Below are positions 19,852 to 29,930 of a stretch of 64,000 nucleotides of DNA, in pieces (positions within the stretch are counted from its first letter, which is position 1; every line of letters begins with the position of its first letter). This DNA comes from a virus, in the IMG/VR virus record IMGVR_UViG_3300037137_001673, positions 1 through 64,000 of that record; one strand, given 5' to 3'. The notes under the pieces were generated by a model. It saw only the letters and a program-made list of their open reading frames with translations, ran no database searches and was not told where the DNA came from. Made by a program: the position numbers and the translations under genes.

Positions 19852-21138
19852 ATGGCATTTACTGATTACGGTGGGATATTTGCTACCTTCCCTACCCTTG
19901 ATCCGGATGCGGGGGTCGATCCTGGCCTCGACGATGAGATTCATGCTCGGTCCTTCGCTTGCCCTGGAGCTGGGAATCAAGTAATTAACAAAATAGGGGC
20001 ATGGATTGAACGGGGGGCATCCCCTACAAAATGTCGCTTCCTCATTTATACGGATAGTTCGGGAAGCCCGGGTACTATAGTCGCGAACTCCCTGACGACT
20101 GAGGTGACTCTCTCCTTAGCAGCGTGGATTTCCTTCACCTACTCAACGAAACCCGTTCTGGTCGGGGGAACAACCTATTGGCTAGCAACGTGGGGAAGTT
20201 CAACGGGTGGCTTATACGACTTCTCGCCAGGGTACAGTGTCTTTACGGAATTCATCGGGAAGTATACGGCTCAAGTTTATAGTAGCGGCGGAACGCCATC
20301 GGGAGAATCATGGACAGACTTAAATAACCTAGTACAACTTGCGGCGGAGTACCAAGCGGAGGGTGGCGGAGGTGGGGGGGTTTACTCCCCTATTGGTTCT
20401 GCCACTACTTCTGGTTCTGCAACTACTTTTAGTGGTTTATTTATTATAGATGCAGAAACAGGTAACACAAATCAATTCACAGGGATTGCTCAGTCAGGAG
20501 CAACTACCTTTACTGCTCAAAGTGGAACTATTCTCCATGGATCATATAGTTTTCTTTCGCATTTTGCTGGAGCCTATGCCTATGCTTACGGATACAAGAA
20601 TCTTATTTCGAACTATACTGAACTTTATACAAGAATGTATTTTAGAATAGGATCGCTAGCTCTAACAAATGGTCAATATGTTCTACTTCTCACTATGATG
20701 AGCGGGGGAGAAGGTGGAACGGAAATGGCGCAATTTCGTCTCTATCAGAAAGCTACCAATCAGTATGGATATATGTACTGTTGCACGGATCAAACCGGAT
20801 TTCAGGTTAGAGTAAATAATAGTACGGTAGATGTTTTCAATCCCTCAGAAACTCACTATATTGAAGTACACACAAAAATTGGTACAACCGATGGAATTGA
20901 ATCATTGCTTATAGATGGCACTTCCGTTTATTCCGCAACCAACATTGATAATCATACTTATAATATGAATTGCGTCCAATGCGGGGTATTTAATGGTTCA
21001 ACTCCTACAAGTGGGGATGTATATACGGATGACTTGAAGATTTCTCAAACAGGCCCTATTGGAGCGTATCCTACAAGTGGTGTTAGTAGTATTATAACAA
21101 AAGTATTTAATTTTTTTCGAATGAGAAGAAATAGTTAA
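19852..21138 (+). CDS. Two-domain beta-sandwich/lectin-like protein joined by one scaffold-type repeat
   Basis: N-domain CPGAGNQ...GGTTYWLA; linker YSPIGSATTSGSA; concanavalin-like C-domain HYIEVH...LLIDG...YTDDL. Confidence 0.65.
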   Translation: MAFTDYGGIFATFPTLDPDAGVDPGLDDEIHARSFACPGAGNQVINKIGAWIERGASPTKCRFLIYTDSSGSPGTIVANSLTTEVTLSLAAWISFTYSTKPVLVGGTTYWLATWGSSTGGLYDFSPGYSVFTEFIGKYTAQVYSSGGTPSGESWTDLNNLVQLAAEYQAEGGGGGGVYSPIGSATTSGSATTFSGLFIIDAETGNTNQFTGIAQSGATTFTAQSGTILHGSYSFLSHFAGAYAYAYGYKNLISNYTELYTRMYFRIGSLALTNGQYVLLLTMMSGGEGGTEMAQFRLYQKATNQYGYMYCCTDQTGFQVRVNNSTVDVFNPSETHYIEVHTKIGTTDGIESLLIDGTSVYSATNIDNHTYNMNCVQCGVFNGSTPTSGDVYTDDLKISQTGPIGAYPTSGVSSIITKVFNFFRMRRNS

Positions 21139-22706
21139 TGGCGACATATTACATCGACCATGATGGTGGGAATGACGGGAGTGATGGCCTATCGGAAGGT
21201 GCTGCCAAGCTACATATTCCTGCTCTTTCAAATGGTGATTATGTAATTTTCAAGCGTGGTGTAGTTTATCCTCATATTTACACAACTACGGTAGCAAATT
21301 GCACCTTCACAGTTAATGTCTCTTGGGGGATAGGGCAGGCAGTTTGGGGTGCTAATTCTCTTACCGACGATTGGTTAGTATTTGTTAGGCATTCAGGAAC
21401 TGTTATAACAGGTTTATCAGCATCGCACGAGTTAAAGTTCACTGGTACTGGACTTAATAGAGGAACTATTGGCATTTTTCCTTCGTTGGGAGCAATATCA
21501 AGTATTACTGTAGCTTATGCGGAATTTCTAAATATAGCAGGGGCGGGAAAGTCAGAAGGAATTGGCGTTAAGATGGGCGTCACTGATTATTCTGCCGAGC
21601 TATCTACTGTAGTTGTTTCATACTGTTCATTTGACAATTGTTATAGCTATGGAGTTAAAATAAGTTCTGGAACTGGAAGTACACATGATTGCGATATTCA
21701 TCACAACACGTTTACTAATAACGGATCGGGTACCGATCTTCTTGAAACAAATATCAGCAGCAATCTTGGGAATGGTGCCTATGATAATTCATTCCATCAC
21801 AACACGTTGACTGCTGGTGTGAATAGCACAGATGGAATAGAAGTCAACAATTCTCCGAACAAGATCTACAACAATACATTTGATGGGTACAGGTATGCTC
21901 TAAGAATTGATCCGTCATACAATACGAACAAACACGGGATTATTGAATTATATAGTAATCTGATAAAGAACTCATCAGAACGGGGGATAAACTTTGGCGG
22001 GACAAGCACCGCGTTGGGTTATGTTTTAGCATATAACAACCTGTTTGAAAACAATGGAAGCTATGTTATAAACTTTCCAAGCACCGCCGATAATAATGAG
22101 TTTTACTTCAACTCTTTCTACCAGACAGGGGGACATACTTTCTGGTTCCAAGCGGGGGCAACGGGAAATATCGTAAAAAACAACATCGTATTCTCGACAG
22201 GGGATTGCTATGCCCAGGCCGATGCAACCTATAGTAATAATACCGAAAACTACAACATTTTTTATAGAGCAAGTGGAACGATAGTAACAGTAGGAGCCAG
22301 TAATTACACGATAACACAGCTTGCGGCATATCAAGCGGCAGCTACTCCTAATGGGGCGAATAGTCTATTTTCCAATCCTCAATATGTGGGGGCACCGAGT
22401 GATCTTACCATACCAACGGGAAGTCCGGCGAAGGATGCGGGGATAAATGTTGGGATTGCGGTAGATTATCTTGGTAATGCAAGACCCGTGGGGGCGGGGT
22501 ATGACATTGGAGCGTATGAATATAGTTCTGGTTCTAGTGATTACATTTATAACCCAAGAGGAAATGCTTTAACTTCTGGTTTTGCTGATATTTTTCGTAA
22601 CAACTATATTTATAATCCAAGGGGAAATATTTTAACTTCTGGTACTGCTTATTATTATAGAATTACAGGCCTAGGTCCTAGACTAGTCTTCTTTTTAAGA
22701 TACTAA
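21138..22706 (+). CDS. Beta-helix protein with choice-of-anchor Q and two C-terminal scaffold repeats
   Basis: MATYYID start; HHNT/YNNTF repeats; GSPAKDAG...YDIGAYEY; YNPRGNxLTSG twice. Confidence 0.8.
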   Translation: MATYYIDHDGGNDGSDGLSEGAAKLHIPALSNGDYVIFKRGVVYPHIYTTTVANCTFTVNVSWGIGQAVWGANSLTDDWLVFVRHSGTVITGLSASHELKFTGTGLNRGTIGIFPSLGAISSITVAYAEFLNIAGAGKSEGIGVKMGVTDYSAELSTVVVSYCSFDNCYSYGVKISSGTGSTHDCDIHHNTFTNNGSGTDLLETNISSNLGNGAYDNSFHHNTLTAGVNSTDGIEVNNSPNKIYNNTFDGYRYALRIDPSYNTNKHGIIELYSNLIKNSSERGINFGGTSTALGYVLAYNNLFENNGSYVINFPSTADNNEFYFNSFYQTGGHTFWFQAGATGNIVKNNIVFSTGDCYAQADATYSNNTENYNIFYRASGTIVTVGASNYTITQLAAYQAAATPNGANSLFSNPQYVGAPSDLTIPTGSPAKDAGINVGIAVDYLGNARPVGAGYDIGAYEYSSGSSDYIYNPRGNALTSGFADIFRNNYIYNPRGNILTSGTAYYYRITGLGPRLVFFLRY

Positions 22707-22726
22707 TTTAATGTAAAGTTATAATT

Positions 22727-23431
22727 ATGACATTTTTAAGACAGAGTACAGCAAAGACAGTAAGTTTTGGTCCATTCGTAAATAAAACTGATGGGACTAC
22801 GTTTCTAGCAGGTTTAGTATCTTCGCTAGATAATGGAACTACTGGAATTAAACTTTCTAAAAATGGTGCTGCTTTAACTATTAGACATGCAAGTGTTACA
22901 GCATCAACTTATGATACCTTTGGAAATTATAGAGTAACAATAGATACTACTGATACAAATACATTAGGCACTATGAAGATGCAGTATGGAGATACAGCAG
23001 TATGTCTAACTGTATGGGATGATTTTACAATTCTTCCATCTAATGTTTATGATTCACTAATTCTTGGTGGTGGATATTTAAAAACTGATATTAGGTGGAT
23101 AGCAGGAGATTCTGTAGCAAATAAACTAGTAACTGGTGATAGTGTTGCTAATAGAGTATGGGATATAACAAAAGCTAGTCATACAATATCTGGAACTTTT
23201 GGAGATCTAGCAACAAAAGCAGAAGTTGCTCATGCAGTAAGAGATGAAGTTATAGATAAAGGATATACTCTAGGACAACTCACTAGACTTATGGCAGCAG
23301 CATTGCTTGGAAAAGTTTCTGGTGGTGGCAGTAGTACGATCACCTTCCGTTCTATTGGAGATAGTATAAATATAATTACAACTACGGTTGATGCTAGTGG
23401 AAATAGGCTGACAACTACTTTAAGTCCATGA
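22727..23431 (+). CDS. Virion adaptor-like protein (FLR-x-STA...VD-x-SGNR family), paralogue 1
   Basis: MTFLRQSTA, GPFV, TTDTNTLG, MAAALLGK, VDASGNR. Confidence 0.6.
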   Translation: MTFLRQSTAKTVSFGPFVNKTDGTTFLAGLVSSLDNGTTGIKLSKNGAALTIRHASVTASTYDTFGNYRVTIDTTDTNTLGTMKMQYGDTAVCLTVWDDFTILPSNVYDSLILGGGYLKTDIRWIAGDSVANKLVTGDSVANRVWDITKASHTISGTFGDLATKAEVAHAVRDEVIDKGYTLGQLTRLMAAALLGKVSGGGSSTITFRSIGDSINIITTTVDASGNRLTTTLSP

Positions 23432-23483
23432 CGCTAACATAAATTTTATTTAATCATCCTAACTTCTCTGTAAAGTTATTAGT

Positions 23484-24026
23484 ATGAAATTCTTAAGATA
23501 TTCGACTGCATGTATAACTAATTTGGGTCCATTTGTAACTACAAGTAATGGCGACAGCGAAATGGTTGCCCTTACAATAGCACAAGCAGATGTAAGGATA
23601 AGTTATAATGGTGATTCATTTAGAACTGTAAATCATAACCAAGATGCTGTAAATCTTATTCATAACGAACATGGTTGGTATAAAGTAAAACTATCTACTA
23701 CTGATACTGGAACTTATGGAAATGTAGTTATTGCTTGCCACAAACCTGGAGCACTAGCAGTTTGGCAAGAATATGATGTTATTCCACAAATAATGTGGGA
23801 CTATATGTTCTCTGGTGGTTCAACGGTCGCAATACTGGATGATGTAGTTGAGGGTGCTTATACCATGAGACAAATTATGAAATTAATGGCAGCTGTATTA
23901 TATGGAAAGGCCGTTGGTGGAGGTACTACAAATGTGAAATTTAGGTCTCTTGCCGATGACGCGGATAGAGTTTCAGCTGTCGTAGATTCAAGTGGGAATC
24001 GTTCATTGGTTTCACTCGTTCCATAA
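23484..24026 (+). CDS. Virion adaptor-like protein, paralogue 2
   Basis: MKFLRYSTA, GPFV, TTDTGTYG, MAAVLYGK, VDSSGNR. Confidence 0.6.
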   Translation: MKFLRYSTACITNLGPFVTTSNGDSEMVALTIAQADVRISYNGDSFRTVNHNQDAVNLIHNEHGWYKVKLSTTDTGTYGNVVIACHKPGALAVWQEYDVIPQIMWDYMFSGGSTVAILDDVVEGAYTMRQIMKLMAAVLYGKAVGGGTTNVKFRSLADDADRVSAVVDSSGNRSLVSLVP

Positions 24027-24061
24027 ATTTTTCACCACATATATAGTGTTGTAGATTTTTT

Positions 24062-24089
24062 AAGAACCTTTCATATGAAAGGTTCTTTT
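24062..24089 (+). terminator. Intrinsic terminator (related copy at 40621)
   Basis: AAGAACCTTTC-ATAT-GAAAGGTTCTT plus T-run. Confidence 0.75.
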
Positions 24090-24103
24090 ATTTAGGAAGT
24101 GAT

Positions 24104-24868
24104 ATGGGTACAATATATATTTTAGAAAATAAAATTAATGGTAAATGTTATGTTGGACAAACAATTCATTCATTTAATCAAAGATTTAGGCAACATCAAA
24201 ATTCGAATTATGCTATTGGTAATGCTTTGAGAAAATATGGTGTAGATAATTTTAATAAAATCTTAATAGAAGGTATACTAGAAGATAAAATGGATGAATT
24301 AGAAATTGAGTATATACAAAAATATAATTCTATTTTTCCCAATGGATATAATTTTGAAACTGGGTGGCATAAAAATAAGCATGCTTGTGAAGAAACTAAA
24401 AAAAGATTAAGTGAAGTAAATACAGGAAAACATCATTCACTAGAAACAAGAAAAAAGCAGAGTGAAATTAAAAAAGGAAAACATATTTCTATAGAGACGG
24501 AATTTAAAAAAGGAAAAGAAAATCTCCTTTTTGGAAAACATCTTGCAGAAGAAATTAAAGAGAAAATAAGTAAGTCAAATATCGGCAAGCGTCGTTCAGC
24601 AGAAACTATAAAAAATTTAAGTGAAAGTCATAAGGGACAAATTCCTTGGATGAAGGGTAAGCATCATACTGAAGAAGCAATTAAAAAAAATAGTGAAGCA
24701 CATAAAGGACAAATTCCTTATAATAAAGGTGCTCGTAGTATTAGAGCTTGTCCTATTTGCGGTAAGCAACGAAAAGAAAAACTTGTTAAGAGTAAATTTT
24801 GTGGTTATTTAGCAACTTGTGGAAATTTAATCTGTCTAAAAGAGTTAAGGAAGAAAAAAACTGCCTAA
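24104..24868 (+). CDS. GIY-YIG homing endonuclease with NUMOD3 and C-terminal CxxC motif
   Basis: MGTIYILENKINGKCYVGQT; HKGQIPW repeats; CPIC...CGN. Confidence 0.9.
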   Translation: MGTIYILENKINGKCYVGQTIHSFNQRFRQHQNSNYAIGNALRKYGVDNFNKILIEGILEDKMDELEIEYIQKYNSIFPNGYNFETGWHKNKHACEETKKRLSEVNTGKHHSLETRKKQSEIKKGKHISIETEFKKGKENLLFGKHLAEEIKEKISKSNIGKRRSAETIKNLSESHKGQIPWMKGKHHTEEAIKKNSEAHKGQIPYNKGARSIRACPICGKQRKEKLVKSKFCGYLATCGNLICLKELRKKKTA

Positions 24869-24878
24869 AAGTTTAATT

Positions 24879-24910
24879 AAGAGCAATCATAATTGATTGC
24901 TCTTTTTTTT
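24879..24910 (+). terminator. Intrinsic terminator identical to 18003
   Basis: Same hairpin and T-run. Confidence 0.85.
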
Positions 24911-25061
24911 GCGTAAAGATAATCATAAGGAATTTTATATGGATAAAAAAATAGTAGAAAAGAAAGAAGAAGTAAAAACTTCTGTGATTATAAATCTCCC
25001 AGTTTTAAATTCAAGGGGGAAGTAAATATGGCTAGTTTAGTTTTAATGGAGAATAACAATT

Positions 25062-25511
25062 ATGGCATCAATTATATATGATAGATTTTGGCTCTCACTT
25101 CCTGCGAAGCAGATTTCGTGGACGGGTGATTCCATCCAGTGCTCTCTAATAGATAGTACTTATGCACCTGTGAAAGCTGATAGTCTTTATCAATCTGGTA
25201 GAGATCCTTTTGATAGTGAAGTTACTGGAGCTGGATATACTAAACTTGGAAAACGTATTACTTCTCCTACTATAACTTTGGGAACAACTCCTATGGTTGC
25301 TGGTGGTGATACTACTAGACTTTATGCTGATAGTGTATGGTGGGCAGCATCTACTATTACTGCTAGATATGCAGTTTTGTGGGATGGAACTGATGCTACA
25401 TTAAAGCGTCTATTATGTTGCTTTGATTTTGGTGCTGATAAAACCAGTTCCAGTGGTACTTTTACTCTAGTATGGAATCAATTAGGAATTATAACCTTGC
25501 AGCAAGGGTAA
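25062..25511 (+). CDS. Small virion beta-sandwich/fibre subunit
   Basis: EVTGAGYTKLG, WAASTITARYAVLW, DFGADKTSSSGTFTLVWN. Confidence 0.6.
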   Translation: MASIIYDRFWLSLPAKQISWTGDSIQCSLIDSTYAPVKADSLYQSGRDPFDSEVTGAGYTKLGKRITSPTITLGTTPMVAGGDTTRLYADSVWWAASTITARYAVLWDGTDATLKRLLCCFDFGADKTSSSGTFTLVWNQLGIITLQQG

Positions 25512-25528
25512 ATAATGTAGGTTAATAA

Positions 25529-27196
25529 ATGAGGAAAGATGTAAAAATTTGTATGGGTAGGAATGTTATTTTGTATGATACATTTGATGTTGTCGAAAGT
25601 GCAAGTGCGATAATTAGTAATGCCCGTCGAGTAATATGGCAAGGAAATGTTGGTGTGTACGGAGACATTCCGGCACGCAATACGATATTCGCCGACGTTA
25701 CGCAGGCTCCATACAACGCGGACAATACTGGTTCGGCTGATGCTACCTCTGCAATCCAAGCCGCTATAAATGCCTGTACGGCAGATCAGGTTGTCTACAT
25801 CCCCGCCGGCACATACAAGATTGGAACCTCAGCCGGTTTGAAAATAAAGTCAGGAATCACGGTACGCGGGGCTGGCAAGGGACAGACGATTCTGAAGGGG
25901 CCTGCGGGTTCTACTGCTGCGTATCTTGTTGGAATAATTGATTCACCAAGTTGGAATCAGACGACATACTGGGAAGCCGCGCGAACGGTTACGGCCGGAT
26001 TGGGGAAAGATTCAACCGCCGTCTCCGTAAATATCACAAGTTGGGCATCTGGTGACCTGATCTTGCTTGACCAGTTGGCTAATGCCGCTGGTGATCCGAT
26101 GATAACAAACATAGGAACGGAGGGTACGCTCAATTCTGGTAGAGATAGCGGGACTCGGTGTTTTGGACAAGTTGTGGAACTGGACTCAGTTTCCGCGGGA
26201 GTGGCAAATCTAAAGATTCCCATCTATTTCGGATTTGATATGGCGAAAACACCCCAAGCATCGAGGATGGTTAATTCCTATATTATCAGCAATGCAGGTC
26301 TTGAAGAATTGACCGTTGACAATTCTCTGAGTGTAGGGGCACCCCAGACTAACTATGGCACTATAATCCTGGCGTTTACCAAAAATTGTTGGCTTCTTAA
26401 TGTCGAAGTTAACACCGTTCGCAAAGTCGGCATTACGATAGAGATGTGCTACCGCGATACGATTCGGGGGTGTCAGGTACACAACTCATACTCATATGGA
26501 TCAAACGCCGGGTACGGCATTGGGTTTATTGAAAGTGTATCGGCTTGCTTAATCGAAAATAACAAACTCAACCACATTACGGTAGGCGTAATCTTACAGG
26601 GGGTCGCTTCGGGAAACGTAATTGCATACAACTACATCTACGATTTGCAATACACGGACAATTCATGGGTACGGAACGGAACGCTAACGCACGGCGGTCA
26701 TCCGCACATGAACTTGTTTGAGGGGAACTTGGTCGATGGTCCCAACATGGGGCATGATTTCTATTGGGGATCGTCGAGTCACAATACTCATCTGCGCAAC
26801 TATGTGGCAAAAGACCCAGCTCGGACGAATGCTCTTATGAATCTGGAACTTTGGAAAGGGCAGCAGTATCTGAACTTCGTCGGCGGTGTTTATGGCAACG
26901 GGAACGAGACAAGCTACCAGGAAACATCCTACGCAGGAAAGAACACCATTTATCTCGTAGACTATACGGATTCCGGCTCCCAGGACGGGCGCACTTTGGC
27001 AACTATACTTCGCCACGGGAACTGGGATGCCTTTGATAATGCGATTGTGTGGGATGCGGGGATTTCGAACCATGTGATCCCCGCTTCATATTATCTTGCC
27101 TCTAAACCGTCATGGTGGGGGTCGGGCATATGGCCTTCCATTGGTTCTGATTTGACACCGAGGAATAGTGGTATTCCTGCTTCGGGTCTAACCTAA
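25529..27196 (+). CDS. Pectate-lyase-3/beta-helix glycanase-like protein
   Basis: APYNADNTGSADATSAIQAAIN, VYIPAGTYKI, VRGAGKGQT, LIENN, NLFEGN; GC-rich. Confidence 0.8.
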   Translation: MRKDVKICMGRNVILYDTFDVVESASAIISNARRVIWQGNVGVYGDIPARNTIFADVTQAPYNADNTGSADATSAIQAAINACTADQVVYIPAGTYKIGTSAGLKIKSGITVRGAGKGQTILKGPAGSTAAYLVGIIDSPSWNQTTYWEAARTVTAGLGKDSTAVSVNITSWASGDLILLDQLANAAGDPMITNIGTEGTLNSGRDSGTRCFGQVVELDSVSAGVANLKIPIYFGFDMAKTPQASRMVNSYIISNAGLEELTVDNSLSVGAPQTNYGTIILAFTKNCWLLNVEVNTVRKVGITIEMCYRDTIRGCQVHNSYSYGSNAGYGIGFIESVSACLIENNKLNHITVGVILQGVASGNVIAYNYIYDLQYTDNSWVRNGTLTHGGHPHMNLFEGNLVDGPNMGHDFYWGSSSHNTHLRNYVAKDPARTNALMNLELWKGQQYLNFVGGVYGNGNETSYQETSYAGKNTIYLVDYTDSGSQDGRTLATILRHGNWDAFDNAIVWDAGISNHVIPASYYLASKPSWWGSGIWPSIGSDLTPRNSGIPASGLT

Positions 27197-27230
27197 GATG
27201 GAAAACTCATTACGGTGCTGAGGTAGAGAA

Positions 27231-27908
27231 ATGGCAGATTGGACTTATATAGCGTATACAAAGGGACAAAGCGAGGCATCTGCTAATTCTCTCGCTGGCG
27301 ATGTAGTGCTGAATTTAGCAGCAGGAGATTTACTGATTGCCATTGCTAAATGGGAGGGGACTTCGGACACTGCTACTTTTTCTGATGGTGGAAGTAATGC
27401 GCTCACAATGTCGGCGGCATTATTGCAGAGTGATCATTATTCGTCATTTGGATACAAAATAGGGGCATCCGCTAATGCCACCGCTACCATGACATTTTCT
27501 ACTGTCAGTAACCAAACGGCAAGATCAATGTTGCTTATACAAATAACTCCAGGAGCGGGTAATGTTTCTCTTGACGGAGGGCCGAACGGAGTTGGAGGAG
27601 GGATTGACCCTGATCCAGTATCACCAAACATAACGACAGCAGGAGCTAGCGTTATACTCTTGGGAGGGTTGGCGAATAGCTTCGGAAGGTCAATAACAAC
27701 TCCTCTCATTGGAGAATCAGCAGCAACGAGTCCTATTGACACGGGACGATATACTCATATGTTCTACCGTGTCGCAACGGGAACGAATATACATAGTCAA
27801 GCAACGTACAGTGCAAATACTAACTGGGGAGCATATGTTGTCGCATTCAAATTGGTAGCGGCCGGTGGTGACTTTACTGAACATCTACATACATTACTTA
27901 AGTTCTAG
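27231..27908 (+). CDS. Beta-sandwich virion domain, homologous to an insert in the 29920 protein
   Basis: GDLL, GYKI-x-A-x-AN, VSLD, PNITT, WG...FK shared with residues encoded at ~32808-33455. Confidence 0.65.
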   Translation: MADWTYIAYTKGQSEASANSLAGDVVLNLAAGDLLIAIAKWEGTSDTATFSDGGSNALTMSAALLQSDHYSSFGYKIGASANATATMTFSTVSNQTARSMLLIQITPGAGNVSLDGGPNGVGGGIDPDPVSPNITTAGASVILLGGLANSFGRSITTPLIGESAATSPIDTGRYTHMFYRVATGTNIHSQATYSANTNWGAYVVAFKLVAAGGDFTEHLHTLLKF

Positions 27909-27937
27909 TTTGTAAAGTTATTCTAGAAGGTATAATT

Positions 27938-28765
27938 ATGGCTGTTACAACTTTGGATGCTGCTTTACAAGGTATGATGCTTCCCTCTGCTTTTTATAAG
28001 GCACAAGTTGGAACTCCTGTTGTTGGAACTATGTATTCCCAATGGGTAGCTCCCGGAAGTCCCGGAGCAGCAACTACTCTTCCCACTGGACTTTTAGCAG
28101 GACAATTTTTTACTTGTGCTGCTGCGCAAGTAGCTGGGCAACTAAAATTTTCTGCTGGTATTAGTGGTGATACTTTTTATCTAGCAAGATTTACTGGTGC
28201 TTCTAATACTACTGGAACATTAATTCTTGCTGATAGGATTTGGGGTGATTCAGTTTCTGGTGTTCCTGTTGGAACACAAACAATTTATTCAGGTTCTTTT
28301 CCTAGGTCTGCTGGAATTGGTGGTGGCGATAGTTCTGGTACTGGTGTTCAGTTAGCAATTGAAGTTTATGCTAGTATTGGTGCTACTGCTTGCACTCCAA
28401 AAGTTACTTATGTTAATTCTGCTGGTACTGCCGGAGATACAGGAACTGCTGCTTATGCAGTTCCTTCTTCTGCTGTTGCTGGAACTTTTATTCCTATTAA
28501 TTTAAAAGCAGGAGCATTTGGAGTAAGAAGTGTAACTGCTTACAATAATATGACTGCTAGAACGCAAGGTGGTGCCTTTGGAGTGGTAGCATATCGTCCA
28601 TTAGCATATGTACCTTGCAATGTAGCTGGAGTTGCTGGTGTAGTTGATTTCTTGACTAGTGGATTTCCAATTATGTTTCCCAATACCATTCCTTTTCTTA
28701 TTTGGATGGCTGGAACTGCTACTGTACCTGTAATTGCTGGTAGTTTTTATTGGTGTTGCGGATAA
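27938..28765 (+). CDS. Ala/Gly/Thr-rich virion protein, paralogue A
   Basis: Late motif at 27912; GTLILADRIW, AYRPLA. Confidence 0.65.
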   Translation: MAVTTLDAALQGMMLPSAFYKAQVGTPVVGTMYSQWVAPGSPGAATTLPTGLLAGQFFTCAAAQVAGQLKFSAGISGDTFYLARFTGASNTTGTLILADRIWGDSVSGVPVGTQTIYSGSFPRSAGIGGGDSSGTGVQLAIEVYASIGATACTPKVTYVNSAGTAGDTGTAAYAVPSSAVAGTFIPINLKAGAFGVRSVTAYNNMTARTQGGAFGVVAYRPLAYVPCNVAGVAGVVDFLTSGFPIMFPNTIPFLIWMAGTATVPVIAGSFYWCCG

Positions 28766-28777
28766 AGGGAAATAACT

Positions 28778-29614
28778 TTGAGTATTACAACTATAAGTTC
28801 AGCAATTTCTTACATGTATGGTCCGCAAACATTTTTTAAAGTACCTACTCCTACTCCTGTTGTTGGAACTATGTATTCACTTTGGACCGCAGCAGGAATG
28901 CCCGGAGCAGGAACCATTCCTCCCACTGGACTTTTAGCAGGACAATTTTTTACTTGTGCTGCTGCGCAAATAACGGGACAAATATATTTTCAAAATCCTG
29001 CTGCTGGGGATACTACTTATTTAGCAAGATTTGCTGGGACTTGTAATACTTATGGAACATTAATTCTTGCTGATAGGATTTGGGGAGATTCAGTTTCTCC
29101 AGTTCGTATTGGAGCACAAGTAATAAATTCTGGTGCTTTTCCTAGGTCTGCTGGAATTGGTGGTGGCGATAGTTCTGGTACTGGTGTTCAGTTAGCAATT
29201 GAAGTTTATACAACCTTGGGTGCTGCTGCTGCTACTCCAAAAGTTTCCTATGTGCCCGTTGGTGGTTCCATGGGTTCAACTGGTGGAGATACAGGAGCTG
29301 CTGCTTACGCTGTACCTGCTACTGCTGCTGCTGGAACTTTTATTCCTATTAATTTAAAAGCAGGAGCATTTGGAGTGAAAGCAGTTACTGCTTACAATAA
29401 CATGACTACTAAAACTTCTGGTGTTCTAGGTTTGGTTGCTTATCGTCCATTAGCATATATTCCTTGTTCGGCACCGGAAATTTATGGAGTAGCAGATTGC
29501 TTAACTGGTGGATTTCCGATTATGTTTCCTAATACCGTTCCAATGTTAATATGGATGGCTGGAACTGCTACTGTTCCTGTAATTTCAGGCCAGTTTCAAT
29601 TTACTCAAAATTAA
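28778..29614 (+). CDS. Ala/Gly/Thr-rich virion protein, paralogue B (tandem duplicate)
   Basis: Long DNA blocks identical to 27938 gene. Confidence 0.65.
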   Translation: MSITTISSAISYMYGPQTFFKVPTPTPVVGTMYSLWTAAGMPGAGTIPPTGLLAGQFFTCAAAQITGQIYFQNPAAGDTTYLARFAGTCNTYGTLILADRIWGDSVSPVRIGAQVINSGAFPRSAGIGGGDSSGTGVQLAIEVYTTLGAAAATPKVSYVPVGGSMGSTGGDTGAAAYAVPATAAAGTFIPINLKAGAFGVKAVTAYNNMTTKTSGVLGLVAYRPLAYIPCSAPEIYGVADCLTGGFPIMFPNTVPMLIWMAGTATVPVISGQFQFTQN

Positions 29615-29624
29615 TGGGAATGTT

Positions 29625-29930
29625 ATGGAAAAAATTTATGTAGGAATAGGAAGAATAACTGCTTCTGCTCCTGCGCAATTTTCAATTTACACAAAACATT
29701 TTATTTACAATCCATTTGTAAATCCTGTTACTTATAATTTTTTCATTTACAAAATTTTAGAAAATAAAAAAACTGCTGAAACATTCCCTATACCACAGGG
29801 AAATACTACTTGTATAAATTCTATTTCAATAGTTTCTGGTTCTGGTCCGCCTGTAAATAATTTTATTTATAATGTTGAAAATTCTTATCGTTTTAATCCT
29901 TTATCAATAGGAGCAAATAATGGCTTCTAA
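29625..29930 (+). CDS. Small hypothetical protein overlapping scaffold start
   Basis: FIYN motifs like the scaffold. Confidence 0.45.
   Translation: MEKIYVGIGRITASAPAQFSIYTKHFIYNPFVNPVTYNFFIYKILENKKTAETFPIPQGNTTCINSISIVSGSGPPVNNFIYNVENSYRFNPLSIGANNGF

Noticed and set aside
18113-27742. Antisense and alternate-frame ORFs within the GC-rich cassettes
   Set aside because: Expected by-product of higher GC; fully overlap better-supported genes.
27938-29614. Diversity-generating retroelement template/variable repeat pair
   Set aside because: Both copies are full ORFs, differences are not visibly adenine-specific, and no reverse transcriptase is in the window.
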